A stretch of 64,000 nt of DNA, taken from NCBI GenBank assembly GCA_963666285.1, contig OY762711.1. The stretch is one strand, 5' to 3'. Positions within the stretch are counted from its first letter, which is position 1; each line of letters opens with the position of its first letter. Under the pieces are notes generated by a model. It saw only the letters and a list, made by a program, of their open reading frames with translations, had not been told where the DNA came from and did no database searches. The translations under genes were made by a program, and so were the position numbers. This stretch comes from Sedimentisphaerales bacterium. Lineage in GTDB: Bacteria > Planctomycetota > Phycisphaerae > Sedimentisphaerales > SM23-30. Shown here piece by piece: positions 41,705 through 52,305 of the stretch.

Positions 41705-42781
41705 ATGACAAAAGATAAATATAATATTGACAGTCATAAGCTGATGTATCATCCCGATATACTGGGAAGGTGGTTGGCAGGAGAAAATATTTATCCTCTA
41801 TATATTGAGGTAAGCCCGGCCGGAGCATGTAATCACAGGTGCGTGTATTGTGCACTTGATTTCATGGGTTATCAGAATCGCAGGTTAGATACAACTAAAT
41901 TTAGGCAGCGTCTTGAGGAAATGGGCAATATGGGTGTAAAAAGCATAATGTATGCCGGGGAAGGTGAGCCGTTTTTGCATCCTGATATGGCTGAGATAAC
42001 AGAGGCGACCAAATCGGCGGGGATAGATGCGGCTTTTACGACAAATGCAGTATTATTCAAACCGGAGATTCACGATCGAGTCCTGGCTAATACAGAATGG
42101 CTAAAGGTAAGTATTAATGCCGGTACGGCGGAGACGTATGCCAGGATTCATCAGACAAAAGCGTCTGACTATGAGAAAGTGATGGCGAATCTGAGTAGTG
42201 CTAATGAACTACGTAAGTCCAAGGGGTATAGATGCATACTGGGTATGCAGATTCTGTTGTTGCCTGACAATGCCGGTGAAGTTGCGGGACTGGCAGAGCA
42301 GGCAAGATCGATTGGGATGGACTACCTGGTGGTAAAGCCGTATTCTCAGCATCCGCAGAGCGAAACCAAGATTTACGAAGATATCAAGTATAGTGATTTT
42401 ATGTACCTGGCAGATGAGCTGGAGCAGTATAATACAGACGAATTCAGCGTAATATTCCGGGCGAATGCCATGGAGAAATATGATGCAGCGGAAAAGGATT
42501 ATTGCCGATGTATGGCATTGCCATTCTGGAGTTATATAGATTCTGGTGGTAATGTCTGGGGTTGCAGTATGTATTTAGAACAGGACAGATTCAATCTGGG
42601 TAATATAAACGATACCAGTTTTGAAAATATCTGGACAGGTGAGAAAAGAAAAGATCTGATGCAATGGATTGCTCAAGGCGATTTTGATGTCAGCAGTTGC
42701 AGGTTGAACTGTCGAATGGATGAGGTTAACCGGTATCTATGGCAATTGAAAAATCCTCCCAGTCATGTGAATTTTATTTAG
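41705..42781 (+). CDS. Radical SAM protein with SPASM/twitch-like C-terminus (#1)
   Basis: CNHRCVYC, AGEGEPF, C-terminal CMALPF..WGC..CRLNC. Confidence 0.9.
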   Translation: MTKDKYNIDSHKLMYHPDILGRWLAGENIYPLYIEVSPAGACNHRCVYCALDFMGYQNRRLDTTKFRQRLEEMGNMGVKSIMYAGEGEPFLHPDMAEITEATKSAGIDAAFTTNAVLFKPEIHDRVLANTEWLKVSINAGTAETYARIHQTKASDYEKVMANLSSANELRKSKGYRCILGMQILLLPDNAGEVAGLAEQARSIGMDYLVVKPYSQHPQSETKIYEDIKYSDFMYLADELEQYNTDEFSVIFRANAMEKYDAAEKDYCRCMALPFWSYIDSGGNVWGCSMYLEQDRFNLGNINDTSFENIWTGEKRKDLMQWIAQGDFDVSSCRLNCRMDEVNRYLWQLKNPPSHVNFI

Positions 42782-42803
42782 TATTATTTCTATTATAATA
42801 AAA

Positions 42804-43607
42804 ATGGATTTGAAAAAAGAAATAGAAAAAAGAGCCTTGTCGATAAGGCGTAATATAATCGAGATTGCGGCGAAGAGTCGAACAGCTCATGTAGGATCAT
42901 CATTGTCCTGTACTGATATCCTGGCGACATGTTATTTTGGTTTGCTGGAGATAGAGAAAGACCAGTGGAAGAGCAGGGATATTTTTATATTAAGTAAAGG
43001 CCATGCCGCATTATGTCTGTATTGCAGTTTGTATGAGAAGGGGATGCTGAGCTATGAGAAGCTGGCAGGGTATATGCAGAATGATGGAACTTTGCCGGCT
43101 CACCTGGACAGGTTCAGTGCAGATGGAATAGAGGTTTCTGCAGGTTCACTGGGCCATGGATTCAATGTCGGCCTTGGAATGGCATATAATTACAAGCTTC
43201 AGGGTGACAGCCGCAAAGTAGTAGCAGTAATTGGCGACGGTGAAAGCCAGGAGGGCAGTATCTGGGAAGGTGCTATGTTTTCGTCGAGCTACGGGATAGA
43301 TAATTTTACGGTATTCATAGATCATAATAATTTGCAGGGCTATGGCAGGCCGCTGGAGATCTGCGGATATGAGCCGATTGTTGAAAAGTGGCAGAGCTTT
43401 GGTTGGGATACTGTTGCGGTGAACGGTCATGATGTTGGTGAGATGCTGGAAGCGTTTAACCGCAGGCGTGAAGGTCGACCGAGAGCTATAGTCTGTAATA
43501 CGGTAAAAGGCAAAGGAGTGTCATTTATGGAGGATGAGTTGAAATGGCATTATTATATCGTAACCGATGAGTTAAAGGAGCAGGCATTACAGGAGTTGTC
43601 TCTGTAA
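42804..43607 (+). CDS. Transketolase, N-terminal TPP-binding subunit
   Basis: HVGSSLS, ILSKGHA, GSLGHG, GDGESQEG..WE, TVKGKG. Confidence 0.92.
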   Translation: MDLKKEIEKRALSIRRNIIEIAAKSRTAHVGSSLSCTDILATCYFGLLEIEKDQWKSRDIFILSKGHAALCLYCSLYEKGMLSYEKLAGYMQNDGTLPAHLDRFSADGIEVSAGSLGHGFNVGLGMAYNYKLQGDSRKVVAVIGDGESQEGSIWEGAMFSSSYGIDNFTVFIDHNNLQGYGRPLEICGYEPIVEKWQSFGWDTVAVNGHDVGEMLEAFNRRREGRPRAIVCNTVKGKGVSFMEDELKWHYYIVTDELKEQALQELSL

Positions 43608-43628
43608 GAGATAAGCAGAAAACGTACT

Positions 43629-44528
43629 ATGAGAAACAGCACGATAAACCATTTAACAGAATATGCAGCGGCAGATGATAATATCTTTGTAATTGCCGGC
43701 GATGGAGGCTATGGTGTATTAGATAAATATCAGCAGGAGATGCCAAAGCAGTATTTGAATATGGGAGTCGCAGAGCAGAATGCGATAGGTTTTGCTGCCG
43801 GGCTTGCAATGACAGGTCGTAAGGTATTTGTCTATAATATAACCCCGTTTGTTTTGTATAGATGTTACGAGCAGGTTCGCAACGATATCTGCTATCAGAA
43901 GGTGCCGGTTGTACTGATAGGTATTGGCAGCGGACTGGCGTATGCGCCGGGCGGAATGACGCATTATTCGGTAGAAGATATAGCGTTGGCGAGGACTATG
44001 CCGGGTTTGGAGATAATATCACCGGCAGACCCGGTTGAGGCATGTGCGTCGGTAGATTATGTTATGCGAAGTGATAAGCCGGCATTTATACGGATAGCGC
44101 GTGGTGGTGAGCCTAAAATTCATAATGAAAGAATAGAAGATATAAGTAAGCCGATTCTGATGAATAAAGGTTCGCGGACTGCGGTATTGTTTCATGGCGC
44201 TGTGTCGGTTGAGGTGATGGAAATGTTGAAAATGGCCGTGGAGAAGCCGACAGTGATATCAATTCCAATGGTTTCGCCGCTGGATTTTGACTGCCTGGAA
44301 GATATGCTCGAAGGTGTAGATCGGATAGTGACTGTTGAAGAACATTATGTAGTAGGCGGTTTGGGGTCTATAGTTGGTGAGTGGATTCTGGATAATGATA
44401 AGCCGTATAAGCTAAAAAAACTTGGCGTGGATTATGAGTTTATCCATCAGGTAAAGAATAATAAAGGGATGCGTGAGTTGTTTGGTATAAGTAGTGATAA
44501 GATATTGAAGAGTATATATGGCAAATAA
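43629..44528 (+). CDS. Transketolase, C-terminal subunit
   Basis: NMGVAEQN, RCYEQVRND, GMTHYSVED, TVEEHYVVGGLG. Confidence 0.92.
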   Translation: MRNSTINHLTEYAAADDNIFVIAGDGGYGVLDKYQQEMPKQYLNMGVAEQNAIGFAAGLAMTGRKVFVYNITPFVLYRCYEQVRNDICYQKVPVVLIGIGSGLAYAPGGMTHYSVEDIALARTMPGLEIISPADPVEACASVDYVMRSDKPAFIRIARGGEPKIHNERIEDISKPILMNKGSRTAVLFHGAVSVEVMEMLKMAVEKPTVISIPMVSPLDFDCLEDMLEGVDRIVTVEEHYVVGGLGSIVGEWILDNDKPYKLKKLGVDYEFIHQVKNNKGMRELFGISSDKILKSIYGK

Positions 44529-45546
44529 GACAGTTGACAACAGGACATGGCTTGAACGTGATGAGCGTTTGCTGAGAAAGGGTCTGGCAGGAGAGGCAGG
44601 CCCTGTGTCAGTAGAGGTGGGCCCGGTTAACGGGTGTAATCATGAATGCCTGCATTGCGGCTATACGCAGCTGTTTGATGAAAGTCGTGCGAATCAGATT
44701 ATACCTCGTACAGAAGTTTTTTACCGGTTTCTGGATGATTTTAAGCAGCTGGGTGGAAAGGAAGTTTTTTTTGCCGGAAGCGGAGAGCCGACTTTGCATC
44801 CTGATTTGTTTGACTGGTCAGATTACGGTCATAAGCTCGGGTTGCTGATGCAGCTGAGTACAAATGGTATCGCGTTTACGGATAAGAAAAAAGAAATTGC
44901 CGTAAAAAGCATGCAGTGGATACGTTTTTCGGTTAATGGCGGTGATGCTGATACCTATGCCAGGGTTCATGTGACAGATATAAAAGATTTCGACCGGCTG
45001 AAGTCAAATCTGAAGGATATGGTTTCGATTCGAAACAGTACAGGTGCAGAGTGCAGGCTGATAATGCAGATAGCGTTGTTTGAAGCAAATTATAAATCTT
45101 TTGATGCACTGGTAGATTTATTTAATGAGAGCGGGGCCGACCAACTGGTAGTAAGAAGGGCCAGGTTCCAGGATAATGCTGATGAATGGATTCCGGATAG
45201 TAAGTTTGCGAGAAAATTGCGAGAATATGATACAGTTGAAAATATCCAGGTTCGCTGGGACTGTTTTAGCGAGAACGAGAGTATCAAGAAATGGGAAAGA
45301 TGCCTGGCGCCGAACTTTAAGACGCATATGGACTACAATGGGAAATTGATGGCCTGTGTCAACCCGGATTCATATAGCTATATCTACGGTAATATTTGTG
45401 AAGATCGTTTTAAGGATATCTGGTTTTCAGAGAGGAAGAAGGAGATATTTAAGGCAGTTGAAAGCCTGGGCGCAAAGTTAAATTGTTATAATCTTTGCGG
45501 AATAGCGAGGGATAACAGGTATATTAATAACACAATAAGCATGTGA
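44518..45546 (+). CDS. Radical SAM protein with SPASM/twitch-like C-terminus (#2)
   Basis: CNHECLHC, AGSGEPTLHP, CLAPNF..MAC..CYNLC. Confidence 0.9.
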   Translation: MANKTVDNRTWLERDERLLRKGLAGEAGPVSVEVGPVNGCNHECLHCGYTQLFDESRANQIIPRTEVFYRFLDDFKQLGGKEVFFAGSGEPTLHPDLFDWSDYGHKLGLLMQLSTNGIAFTDKKKEIAVKSMQWIRFSVNGGDADTYARVHVTDIKDFDRLKSNLKDMVSIRNSTGAECRLIMQIALFEANYKSFDALVDLFNESGADQLVVRRARFQDNADEWIPDSKFARKLREYDTVENIQVRWDCFSENESIKKWERCLAPNFKTHMDYNGKLMACVNPDSYSYIYGNICEDRFKDIWFSERKKEIFKAVESLGAKLNCYNLCGIARDNRYINNTISM

Positions 45547-45598
45547 TTTATGCTTCGCATTATATGCCAAGTATAACACTTAAAAAAACAAGAAGTTA

Positions 45599-46711
45599 AT
45601 GGATAAAAGTATGGAAGATAAAATACACTGGTGGAACATCAATCTTTCAATTGAAGAGGTTGGTTCGGTTACATCGGCCATTAATGACCGGTGTGTCAGT
45701 ATGGGGCGGTTGACAAAGGAGTTTGAATCGCGGCTGGCTGACAGGCTTGGAGTGCAATATGCCGTATGTGTTCCAAATGGTACTATGGCGCTTATGGTGG
45801 CGTACCTGGCATGTGGTGTAGGACCTGGCACAGAGGTTATTGTGCCGGACAGGACGGCAATAGCAACAGCGCATGCGGCGATGCTGTTAGGTGCGGAAGT
45901 TGTATTTGTGGATGTGCAGAAAGATTTGCCGGTAGTAGACTGCGGTCAGATAGCAGAGAAGATATCAGATAGAACAAGGGTGATCGCCCCGGTTCATTTG
46001 AGCGGATTTCCGTGCGATATTTCGAGAATCCTTGATATTGGAAAGCAAAATAATATTGATATCGTAGAAGATACCTGCCAGGCGGTGTTTTCATCGGTAG
46101 ACGGCAAGAGCCTTGGCAGCTTTGGCCGGTTTGGCTGTTTTTCGCTGGGTATGGTGAAAATGATGACCACCGGTCAGGGAGGATTTTTGTGCTGTAACAG
46201 TACATCGGATTATGAACTGCTAGTGAGTATAAGAGATCAGTATATGATAGCGGATTATCCGGCAAGTTATGCGAGGCAGGTTTCGGGTAATTTTAAGTTT
46301 AATGATATCCTGGCGTCAATCGGTCTGGCCCAGTTTGACAAGGTAGATAGAAAGATAGAGTCTCAAAAGGCAATCCATAAGGCGTATAGTGAAGGTTTGT
46401 CAGAAGCAGGCTCAGTGAGGTTTCTGGAGGGAGATTTAGATAGCGGTATGCTGCCTTTGAATGCCCTGGCTGTAGTGACAGAGCGTGAGAAGTTTGTCAG
46501 GATGCTGGAAGCAGACGGAATCGGCTGTAAGCCGCATGTACGCAGCATGAGTGAGATTGCTCACCTTAAGGCATGTGGAGCGTTTCCCAATTCTATGTTT
46601 TTCAGCGAGCATGAGGTGTGCCTGCCTTGCGGGCCGGATCAGCCAATAGAGAATATAGCTAAAACAATAGAAGTAATAAAGAAAATAGATGTTGAACTTA
46701 GACCCTGGTAA
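45599..46711 (+). CDS. DegT/DnrJ/EryC1/StrS NDP-sugar aminotransferase (#1)
   Basis: NGTMAL, PVHLSG, VEDTCQA, FSLGMVKMMTTGQGG (PLP lysine). Confidence 0.9.
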   Translation: MDKSMEDKIHWWNINLSIEEVGSVTSAINDRCVSMGRLTKEFESRLADRLGVQYAVCVPNGTMALMVAYLACGVGPGTEVIVPDRTAIATAHAAMLLGAEVVFVDVQKDLPVVDCGQIAEKISDRTRVIAPVHLSGFPCDISRILDIGKQNNIDIVEDTCQAVFSSVDGKSLGSFGRFGCFSLGMVKMMTTGQGGFLCCNSTSDYELLVSIRDQYMIADYPASYARQVSGNFKFNDILASIGLAQFDKVDRKIESQKAIHKAYSEGLSEAGSVRFLEGDLDSGMLPLNALAVVTEREKFVRMLEADGIGCKPHVRSMSEIAHLKACGAFPNSMFFSEHEVCLPCGPDQPIENIAKTIEVIKKIDVELRPW

Positions 46712-46714
46712 GCA

Positions 46715-47443
46715 ATGGAACTGATACCTGACAATATAGAAGTCAAGCCAAACTCTGTGGCAATAGTCGGCTGGGAAGAGGGCGGTGCCGGTCAGATACA
46801 TGAATGGCTGCATAAGACAGGTGATTATGAAGTATGCTGTTTTGTGAATCCGTCTGATGATGTGCCGGATATTGATATAGCCTATGAGCGAAGCAGACGA
46901 GATTGTCAGTTGTTTTCATATCCAGAGAAGAACAAGTTTAAGGGGCTGCCGCTGATAACATCGTTAAGGTGGGATAATATCTTGTCAGAACTTGGGATAT
47001 CGATGGTAATAATAACCACCAGCGACAATCGGGTGAAGCTGGGGCATATTGAGCAGGCCCGTAAAGCTGGTTTTGAATTGATTAATGCGATACATCCAAC
47101 AGCGAATCTGCTGGAGAAGTCGGTTTTGGGCAAAAATGTAATAGTATTTGCCAGGGCGATAATCGGGTATAAAGCAGAACTTTGTGATGGAGTGCAGGTT
47201 GGTATTAATGCCCAGCTGGACCATCATTGTATTGCCCGGGAATGTTCAGTAATCGGTCCGGGGGTAGTTGCCGCCGGTAATGTGACAATAGGAAAATGTG
47301 CGACAGTATGGACCAATGCTACAATAATCAACCGTATACGTATAGGTGATGATGCGGTTGTCGGTGCTGGTTCGGTGGTACTAAAAGATATTGATGCCGG
47401 TGATGTAGCAGCAGGAGTTCCGGCACGAAGTATAAGGAAATAA
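46715..47443 (+). CDS. Hexapeptide-repeat sugar acyltransferase, PglD/PerB/NeuD-like (#1)
   Basis: NAIHPTA, LDHHC, left-handed beta-helix repeats, VGAGSVV, GVPAR. Confidence 0.88.
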   Translation: MELIPDNIEVKPNSVAIVGWEEGGAGQIHEWLHKTGDYEVCCFVNPSDDVPDIDIAYERSRRDCQLFSYPEKNKFKGLPLITSLRWDNILSELGISMVIITTSDNRVKLGHIEQARKAGFELINAIHPTANLLEKSVLGKNVIVFARAIIGYKAELCDGVQVGINAQLDHHCIARECSVIGPGVVAAGNVTIGKCATVWTNATIINRIRIGDDAVVGAGSVVLKDIDAGDVAAGVPARSIRK

Positions 47444-47444
47444 A

Positions 47445-48107
47445 ATGGGCGAGTTATTAAATATAGTTAATCCCTTACATAAAAGAACCAAGCGTGATTA
47501 CGTGGCACGCATGGTGGATGAGAAGGTTCATTGTATGGGGGTTGCGAAGCAGTATGAAATGGACTATTGGGATGGCGACCGTCGATTTGGCTATGGCGGG
47601 TATAGTTATGATGGCAGATGGTCGGTCGTGGCAGAAGCGTTGATTGAGAGATACGGGCTGCAGGATGGATGCAGGATACTGGACTTTGGCTGTGGTAAAG
47701 GATTTTTGCTGTATGAGTTTGCCAGGCTGCTGCCGGACGCCGAGATTACCGGTTTTGATATTTCCCGTCATGCTATTGAGAATGCCAAGCCTGAGATCAA
47801 AGATAAGTTATATCTTGCAGATGGCCGGGAGAAGCTGAGCTTTGATGATGACAGTTTTGATCTTGTTGTTTCGCTGGGAGTCCTGCATAATTTTAAGAAT
47901 TACGAGCTGGCATCGGCTTTGAAGGAAATCGAGCGAGTCGGCAGGAACAAATATATGATGACCGAAAGCTTTCGCAGTGATCAGGAACTGTTTAATCTGC
48001 AGTGCTGGGCTTTGACCTGTGCGGCATTTATGATGCCAGAAGAATGGGAATGGTTTTTTCAGCAGTGCGGATATACCGGAGATTATGAGTTTATTTATTT
48101 TGAATAG
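47445..48107 (+). CDS. Class I SAM-dependent methyltransferase
   Basis: YWDGDRRFGYGGY, ILDFGCGKGF, FDDDSFDLVVS. Confidence 0.88.
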   Translation: MGELLNIVNPLHKRTKRDYVARMVDEKVHCMGVAKQYEMDYWDGDRRFGYGGYSYDGRWSVVAEALIERYGLQDGCRILDFGCGKGFLLYEFARLLPDAEITGFDISRHAIENAKPEIKDKLYLADGREKLSFDDDSFDLVVSLGVLHNFKNYELASALKEIERVGRNKYMMTESFRSDQELFNLQCWALTCAAFMMPEEWEWFFQQCGYTGDYEFIYFE

Positions 48108-48118
48108 CGAGCAATATT

Positions 48119-49192
48119 TTGAGCCAGAAATTATATACCAGGTATAAGATTTTTCATTATAAGGACAAGCTTGATTCGCTTCCAAGAGAAGCTGAAAATA
48201 TCAAGCCGCCGCTGCATATACGGATAAAACCTACTAATGTTTGTAATCATAGCTGCAGCTATTGTGCGTATCGGGTAGATCAGCTGCAGCTGGGATGTGA
48301 TATGGATGTTCGAGACAGTATCCCGCGTGAGAAGATGTCTGAGATAATCGATGATATAATTGATATGGGCGTAAAAGCGGTGACATTCAGCGGCGGGGGC
48401 GAGCCTTTTTGCTATCCGTATTTACTGGAGACTGTGAAGAAACTGGCAGACAGCCCGGTTAAATTTGCGTCCCTGACAAATGGGGGGCTGCTGAAGGGAG
48501 AGGCAGCGGAGGTATTTGCCCATAAAGGCACCTGGCTGAGGATCTCTATTGACGGTTATGACGGTCCGAGTTATGCCAGGTATCGCGGGGTTTCCGAAGA
48601 TGAATTTGCGAAAGTAATCACAAATCTGCGGAATTTCAGGGCTTTGGGTGGAAGCTGTTATACGGGTGCAAGTGTTATAATTGATGAGAATAATGCCGAG
48701 CATTTGTATAATCTCGTCAGCTTATTGAAGGATACCGGAATTAACAGTGTGAAGTTGTCTGGGTGTGTGATAGATAATGATGGAGCGAAGAATAATCAAT
48801 ATCATCAGAAGTTCTGGAATGTTGCTCGTAGCCAGATAGATATGATAATGAATATGCTGCCGGAAGAAGGGTTCGAGATATATGATACGTATCATCTGCT
48901 GTCTGATAAGTTTGTCAAGACATACAGATGGTGCCCTTATTTGCAGATATTGACGGTGATCGGGGCGGATCTAAATGTATACACATGTCAGGATAAGGCA
49001 TATAACCTGACTGACGGAGTTGTCGGCAGTATCAAAGATAAGAGATTCAGAGATTTCTGGATGGATGGTAAGGATAAGTTTTTCAGGGTTAATCCGCTGG
49101 TTAACTGTAATCATCATTGTGTCTCGAATGACAAAAACAGGATGGTTCTGGACTATCTTGAGGCAGATAAAGAGCATTTGGCGTTTGTGTAA
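48119..49192 (+). CDS. Radical SAM protein with SPASM/twitch-like C-terminus (#3)
   Basis: CNHSCSYC, SGGGEPF, CPYLQI..YTC..CNHHC. Confidence 0.9.
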   Translation: MSQKLYTRYKIFHYKDKLDSLPREAENIKPPLHIRIKPTNVCNHSCSYCAYRVDQLQLGCDMDVRDSIPREKMSEIIDDIIDMGVKAVTFSGGGEPFCYPYLLETVKKLADSPVKFASLTNGGLLKGEAAEVFAHKGTWLRISIDGYDGPSYARYRGVSEDEFAKVITNLRNFRALGGSCYTGASVIIDENNAEHLYNLVSLLKDTGINSVKLSGCVIDNDGAKNNQYHQKFWNVARSQIDMIMNMLPEEGFEIYDTYHLLSDKFVKTYRWCPYLQILTVIGADLNVYTCQDKAYNLTDGVVGSIKDKRFRDFWMDGKDKFFRVNPLVNCNHHCVSNDKNRMVLDYLEADKEHLAFV

Positions 49193-49212
49193 TTTGACGC
49201 TGACACAAAAAC

Positions 49213-51402
49213 ATGAAAAAAAGAAAAAGGATTTATGTTTTGAGTTCTGAATTATTAGAAGAGCAAAATTTGAAAATAATGCTGGCTCTGCTTTGCGAAG
49301 ATAAATATGATATGCTGGCAGAAGCAGCTGAGTTAATGGCAGCAAAGGCTGTGACGGATTTAGAGAACCGGCTGGCAGAGATATTTTCTGCATGGTCTGT
49401 CAAAGATAATTTGAAGGCTGTAGAACTGTTCTATTTACTAAGCCAGAATCAGTATTTATTTGAAGATAATGATTGCCGAAATTTACTTTTGCCGTTTTGG
49501 ATCAGGTCTCAGCTATTGATACCGCACCGTTCAAATCCGTCATATAAGCAGATATTTAAAAATTACAGGGCGAATCTTCGAGTTTTGAAGAAAATCGATC
49601 CGGACCTGACAAAAGAAATCGAAAGTTCAAAGATGCCGGAGAACCTGGTAATTATTTATACCTGGAATGGCCTGACCGCTTATGATTACAGAAAGAATGC
49701 CTTACTTGATTGTTCGGAAGCAGAGTTTTCGCAATTAGATGTGGTCTGCAACCAGATACAGAATATTGGTTTTGCCGGGGTTCAGAAGTGCAAGCATATA
49801 GCATATTGTCTGTCAAAACAATATAAAGGATTGTATGGCATGACCAGGCTCCATTATGTTTTTGAAGAGGATATTTCCCAGTTGAGGCTGTTTTTAAGTC
49901 TATATGATTTTTCTAGTTATTTGACAACGAATGAATTAAAAATATTTGGGGGCGCAGAATGGTATAACCATTTATATGAATTTGTGCGGGATGGATATTA
50001 TTTACTGCCCAATTCATTGGTGGCCGATGTAGACGGTAAATACGATTCGAAGGTAGGAGATATTCACGATAAGATATTTAATGAGTGTGAGTCAGTAAAA
50101 GAAGAGGTTTACTCGTATTATAAGTCAGAGGAATTTAAGTCTCGTCAGCAAAAAATAGCAAAAGGTGAGCTAATGCCGAGAATTCTGGTTATCACCTGCC
50201 GCTGGACAACATTTCTTAAATATGCGGCCAAAGATTTTCAGCTAGCGTTTGAAGATGTCGGCTGTGAGACAAAGTATCTGATAGAAAAAGATGATGTTCA
50301 GTCATTGTCCTTAATGGCTAATTTTAATGAGATATCCGGTTTTAAGCCTGATGTTTGTTTTTCAGTCAGCCATGCCAGGCCGTCATATTCATTTTTTCCG
50401 AAAGAGTTGCCGATAATTTCCAATATACAGGATAAATGCGGTAAGTTAAGTGAGATTATGGATATCTCAGAATATTACAGCGAGAAAGATCTTTATGTCT
50501 GTATTTCACCGGCCCATTCAGAATATGTTGCCCAGAAAAATGTGCCGTCCGCCCAGATCATAATCTGGCCTATGCCGGCAAATGAGAGGTTATTCTTTCC
50601 GTTAGGTGAAGAAGTCTCGGTTCCAGCCAGATATATTTCAGATATAAGTTTCGTTAAGCATTGTAACGGCTGGCATGAAGATGTAATGTCAGAATTTATC
50701 CAGAGTATCCAGAATGACATAAAAATTTCAGAAGATGGCCGCAATTATCTGAGCCGTTTTTTTAATGATGTTCATGAGATAGGTAAAAAGAACGGGACCA
50801 AACGGATATACGAAGATGAGATAATTAGACAGGCATGTCATGTTTTTGATGTAAATGTTGAAAAAGATAAAGAGAAACTTCACATTATCAACCAGTTTTG
50901 TCATCATTATTACGTTGGTCCATTTTCTGATTTATGGCGAGGATTATTTATCGAGGCTCTGGCAGAAAATGACTTTGACCTGGCTTTATATGGTAACGGC
51001 TGGGATAAATATCCAGCTGTAGCAAAGTATGCAAGGGGTGGTGCGAATAGAGATACAGAGCTGAATTATGTTTATAACAATACAAAGGTTAATCTGCTTA
51101 TCAGCCAGGCGGGGACGCTGCATGTAAGAATTGCCGAGTGTGGTATGGCTAATGCTTTTATTATGATAAGTGACCATGACCAGTCAAAAGACTGGGGCCC
51201 GGCGAGAGAATATTACGAAGAGGGCAAAGAAGTAGTCTTTTTTGATGATAGAAAAGATCTGATAGAAAAGACTAGATACTACCTGGAGCACGAAAACGAA
51301 CGAATCGAGATAGCGACAAACCTTCATAAAAAAGTAATGGCGACAATGTCATGCAAGTCGGTTGCAAAAATGATACTGGAAAAATGGCGGACGCTGTTAT
51401 AA
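49213..51402 (+). CDS. Large glycosyltransferase with C-terminal CgeB/Glyco_trans_1_2-like domain
   Basis: LYGNGW, VYNNTKVNL, HVRIAEC, YEEGKEVVFFD...YYLEHENERIEIA; long N-terminus not confidently assigned. Confidence 0.75.
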   Translation: MKKRKRIYVLSSELLEEQNLKIMLALLCEDKYDMLAEAAELMAAKAVTDLENRLAEIFSAWSVKDNLKAVELFYLLSQNQYLFEDNDCRNLLLPFWIRSQLLIPHRSNPSYKQIFKNYRANLRVLKKIDPDLTKEIESSKMPENLVIIYTWNGLTAYDYRKNALLDCSEAEFSQLDVVCNQIQNIGFAGVQKCKHIAYCLSKQYKGLYGMTRLHYVFEEDISQLRLFLSLYDFSSYLTTNELKIFGGAEWYNHLYEFVRDGYYLLPNSLVADVDGKYDSKVGDIHDKIFNECESVKEEVYSYYKSEEFKSRQQKIAKGELMPRILVITCRWTTFLKYAAKDFQLAFEDVGCETKYLIEKDDVQSLSLMANFNEISGFKPDVCFSVSHARPSYSFFPKELPIISNIQDKCGKLSEIMDISEYYSEKDLYVCISPAHSEYVAQKNVPSAQIIIWPMPANERLFFPLGEEVSVPARYISDISFVKHCNGWHEDVMSEFIQSIQNDIKISEDGRNYLSRFFNDVHEIGKKNGTKRIYEDEIIRQACHVFDVNVEKDKEKLHIINQFCHHYYVGPFSDLWRGLFIEALAENDFDLALYGNGWDKYPAVAKYARGGANRDTELNYVYNNTKVNLLISQAGTLHVRIAECGMANAFIMISDHDQSKDWGPAREYYEEGKEVVFFDDRKDLIEKTRYYLEHENERIEIATNLHKKVMATMSCKSVAKMILEKWRTLL

Positions 51403-51414
51403 GGAGAATAGTGT

Positions 51415-52305
51415 ATGAATCAGGCAGAATTTCCGCCTTATATACAAATAGAAACATCATTTGCATGCAATGCCCGCTGTAATATGTGTGTTGTACACAA
51501 AGCAGAGAGGGCTGCATTTATGTCGGATGAGCTATACGATAAGATATTGGCTGAGCTGTCCGGTAAAGCTGCCGAGATCAGGAGAGTGACGATACAGTTT
51601 TGTGGAGAGCCTTTGTTGGATAAGAAGCTCGCGTATCGGATAAGAAGTCTTAAGGAGGCAGGTATACCAGCTGTATATTTCGGTACAAACGGTTCTTTAC
51701 TGGCACCAGAGAGGTGTGGAGCGATTTTAGAGTCCGGTGTTGACCAGATAGATATTTCAGTTGACGGAGCGACCGCCGAAGTATTTGAAAAGATCAGACT
51801 GGGCTTGAACTACGGTGAGGTTAGCGAGAATATAAAGACATTGATAAAAATGCGAGATGAAGGTCAATATCGAACAGCTATCAGGTTGAGGTATACAATT
51901 CAGAAGGAGAATGTACACGAGGTCGATGATTTTCTGGGTTACTGGGAGCCGTTACTGAAATCTGGAGACCGGGCGTATGCGAAATATATCCATACTTTTG
52001 GAGGAGATAAACAGCTGGAAGAACTTTTTCCGGATAAAAGGCCATCGGATGTTAATCTGGATGACAGACCATGCATTTCTCCCTGGCAATCTTTTGTAAT
52101 TTTAACTGACGGCAGAGTAGTACTTTGCTGCAATGACTATTCCGGTCAATATATAATGGGTGATTTGAATAGGGAAAGTATTGCGCAGGTCTGGAATGGC
52201 GAAGAGTTTAATAATATTCGCAGTAAGCATGCAGAGTCAGGTAGGAAGAGTATTGCTATATGTCGGGGATGTACAGTTTGGGACGATGTCTCGCAACTGC
52301 AGTAA
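51415..52305 (+). CDS. Radical SAM/SPASM protein (#4)
   Basis: CNARCNMC, GEPLLD, CISPW..DGRVVLCCND..CRGC. Confidence 0.9.
   Translation: MNQAEFPPYIQIETSFACNARCNMCVVHKAERAAFMSDELYDKILAELSGKAAEIRRVTIQFCGEPLLDKKLAYRIRSLKEAGIPAVYFGTNGSLLAPERCGAILESGVDQIDISVDGATAEVFEKIRLGLNYGEVSENIKTLIKMRDEGQYRTAIRLRYTIQKENVHEVDDFLGYWEPLLKSGDRAYAKYIHTFGGDKQLEELFPDKRPSDVNLDDRPCISPWQSFVILTDGRVVLCCNDYSGQYIMGDLNRESIAQVWNGEEFNNIRSKHAESGRKSIAICRGCTVWDDVSQLQ

Noticed and set aside
41705..52305. RiPP cluster suggested by multiple radical SAM/SPASM genes
   Set aside because: No precursor peptide, RRE/PqqD domain, peptidase or exporter seen; all neighbours are sugar-modifying enzymes.
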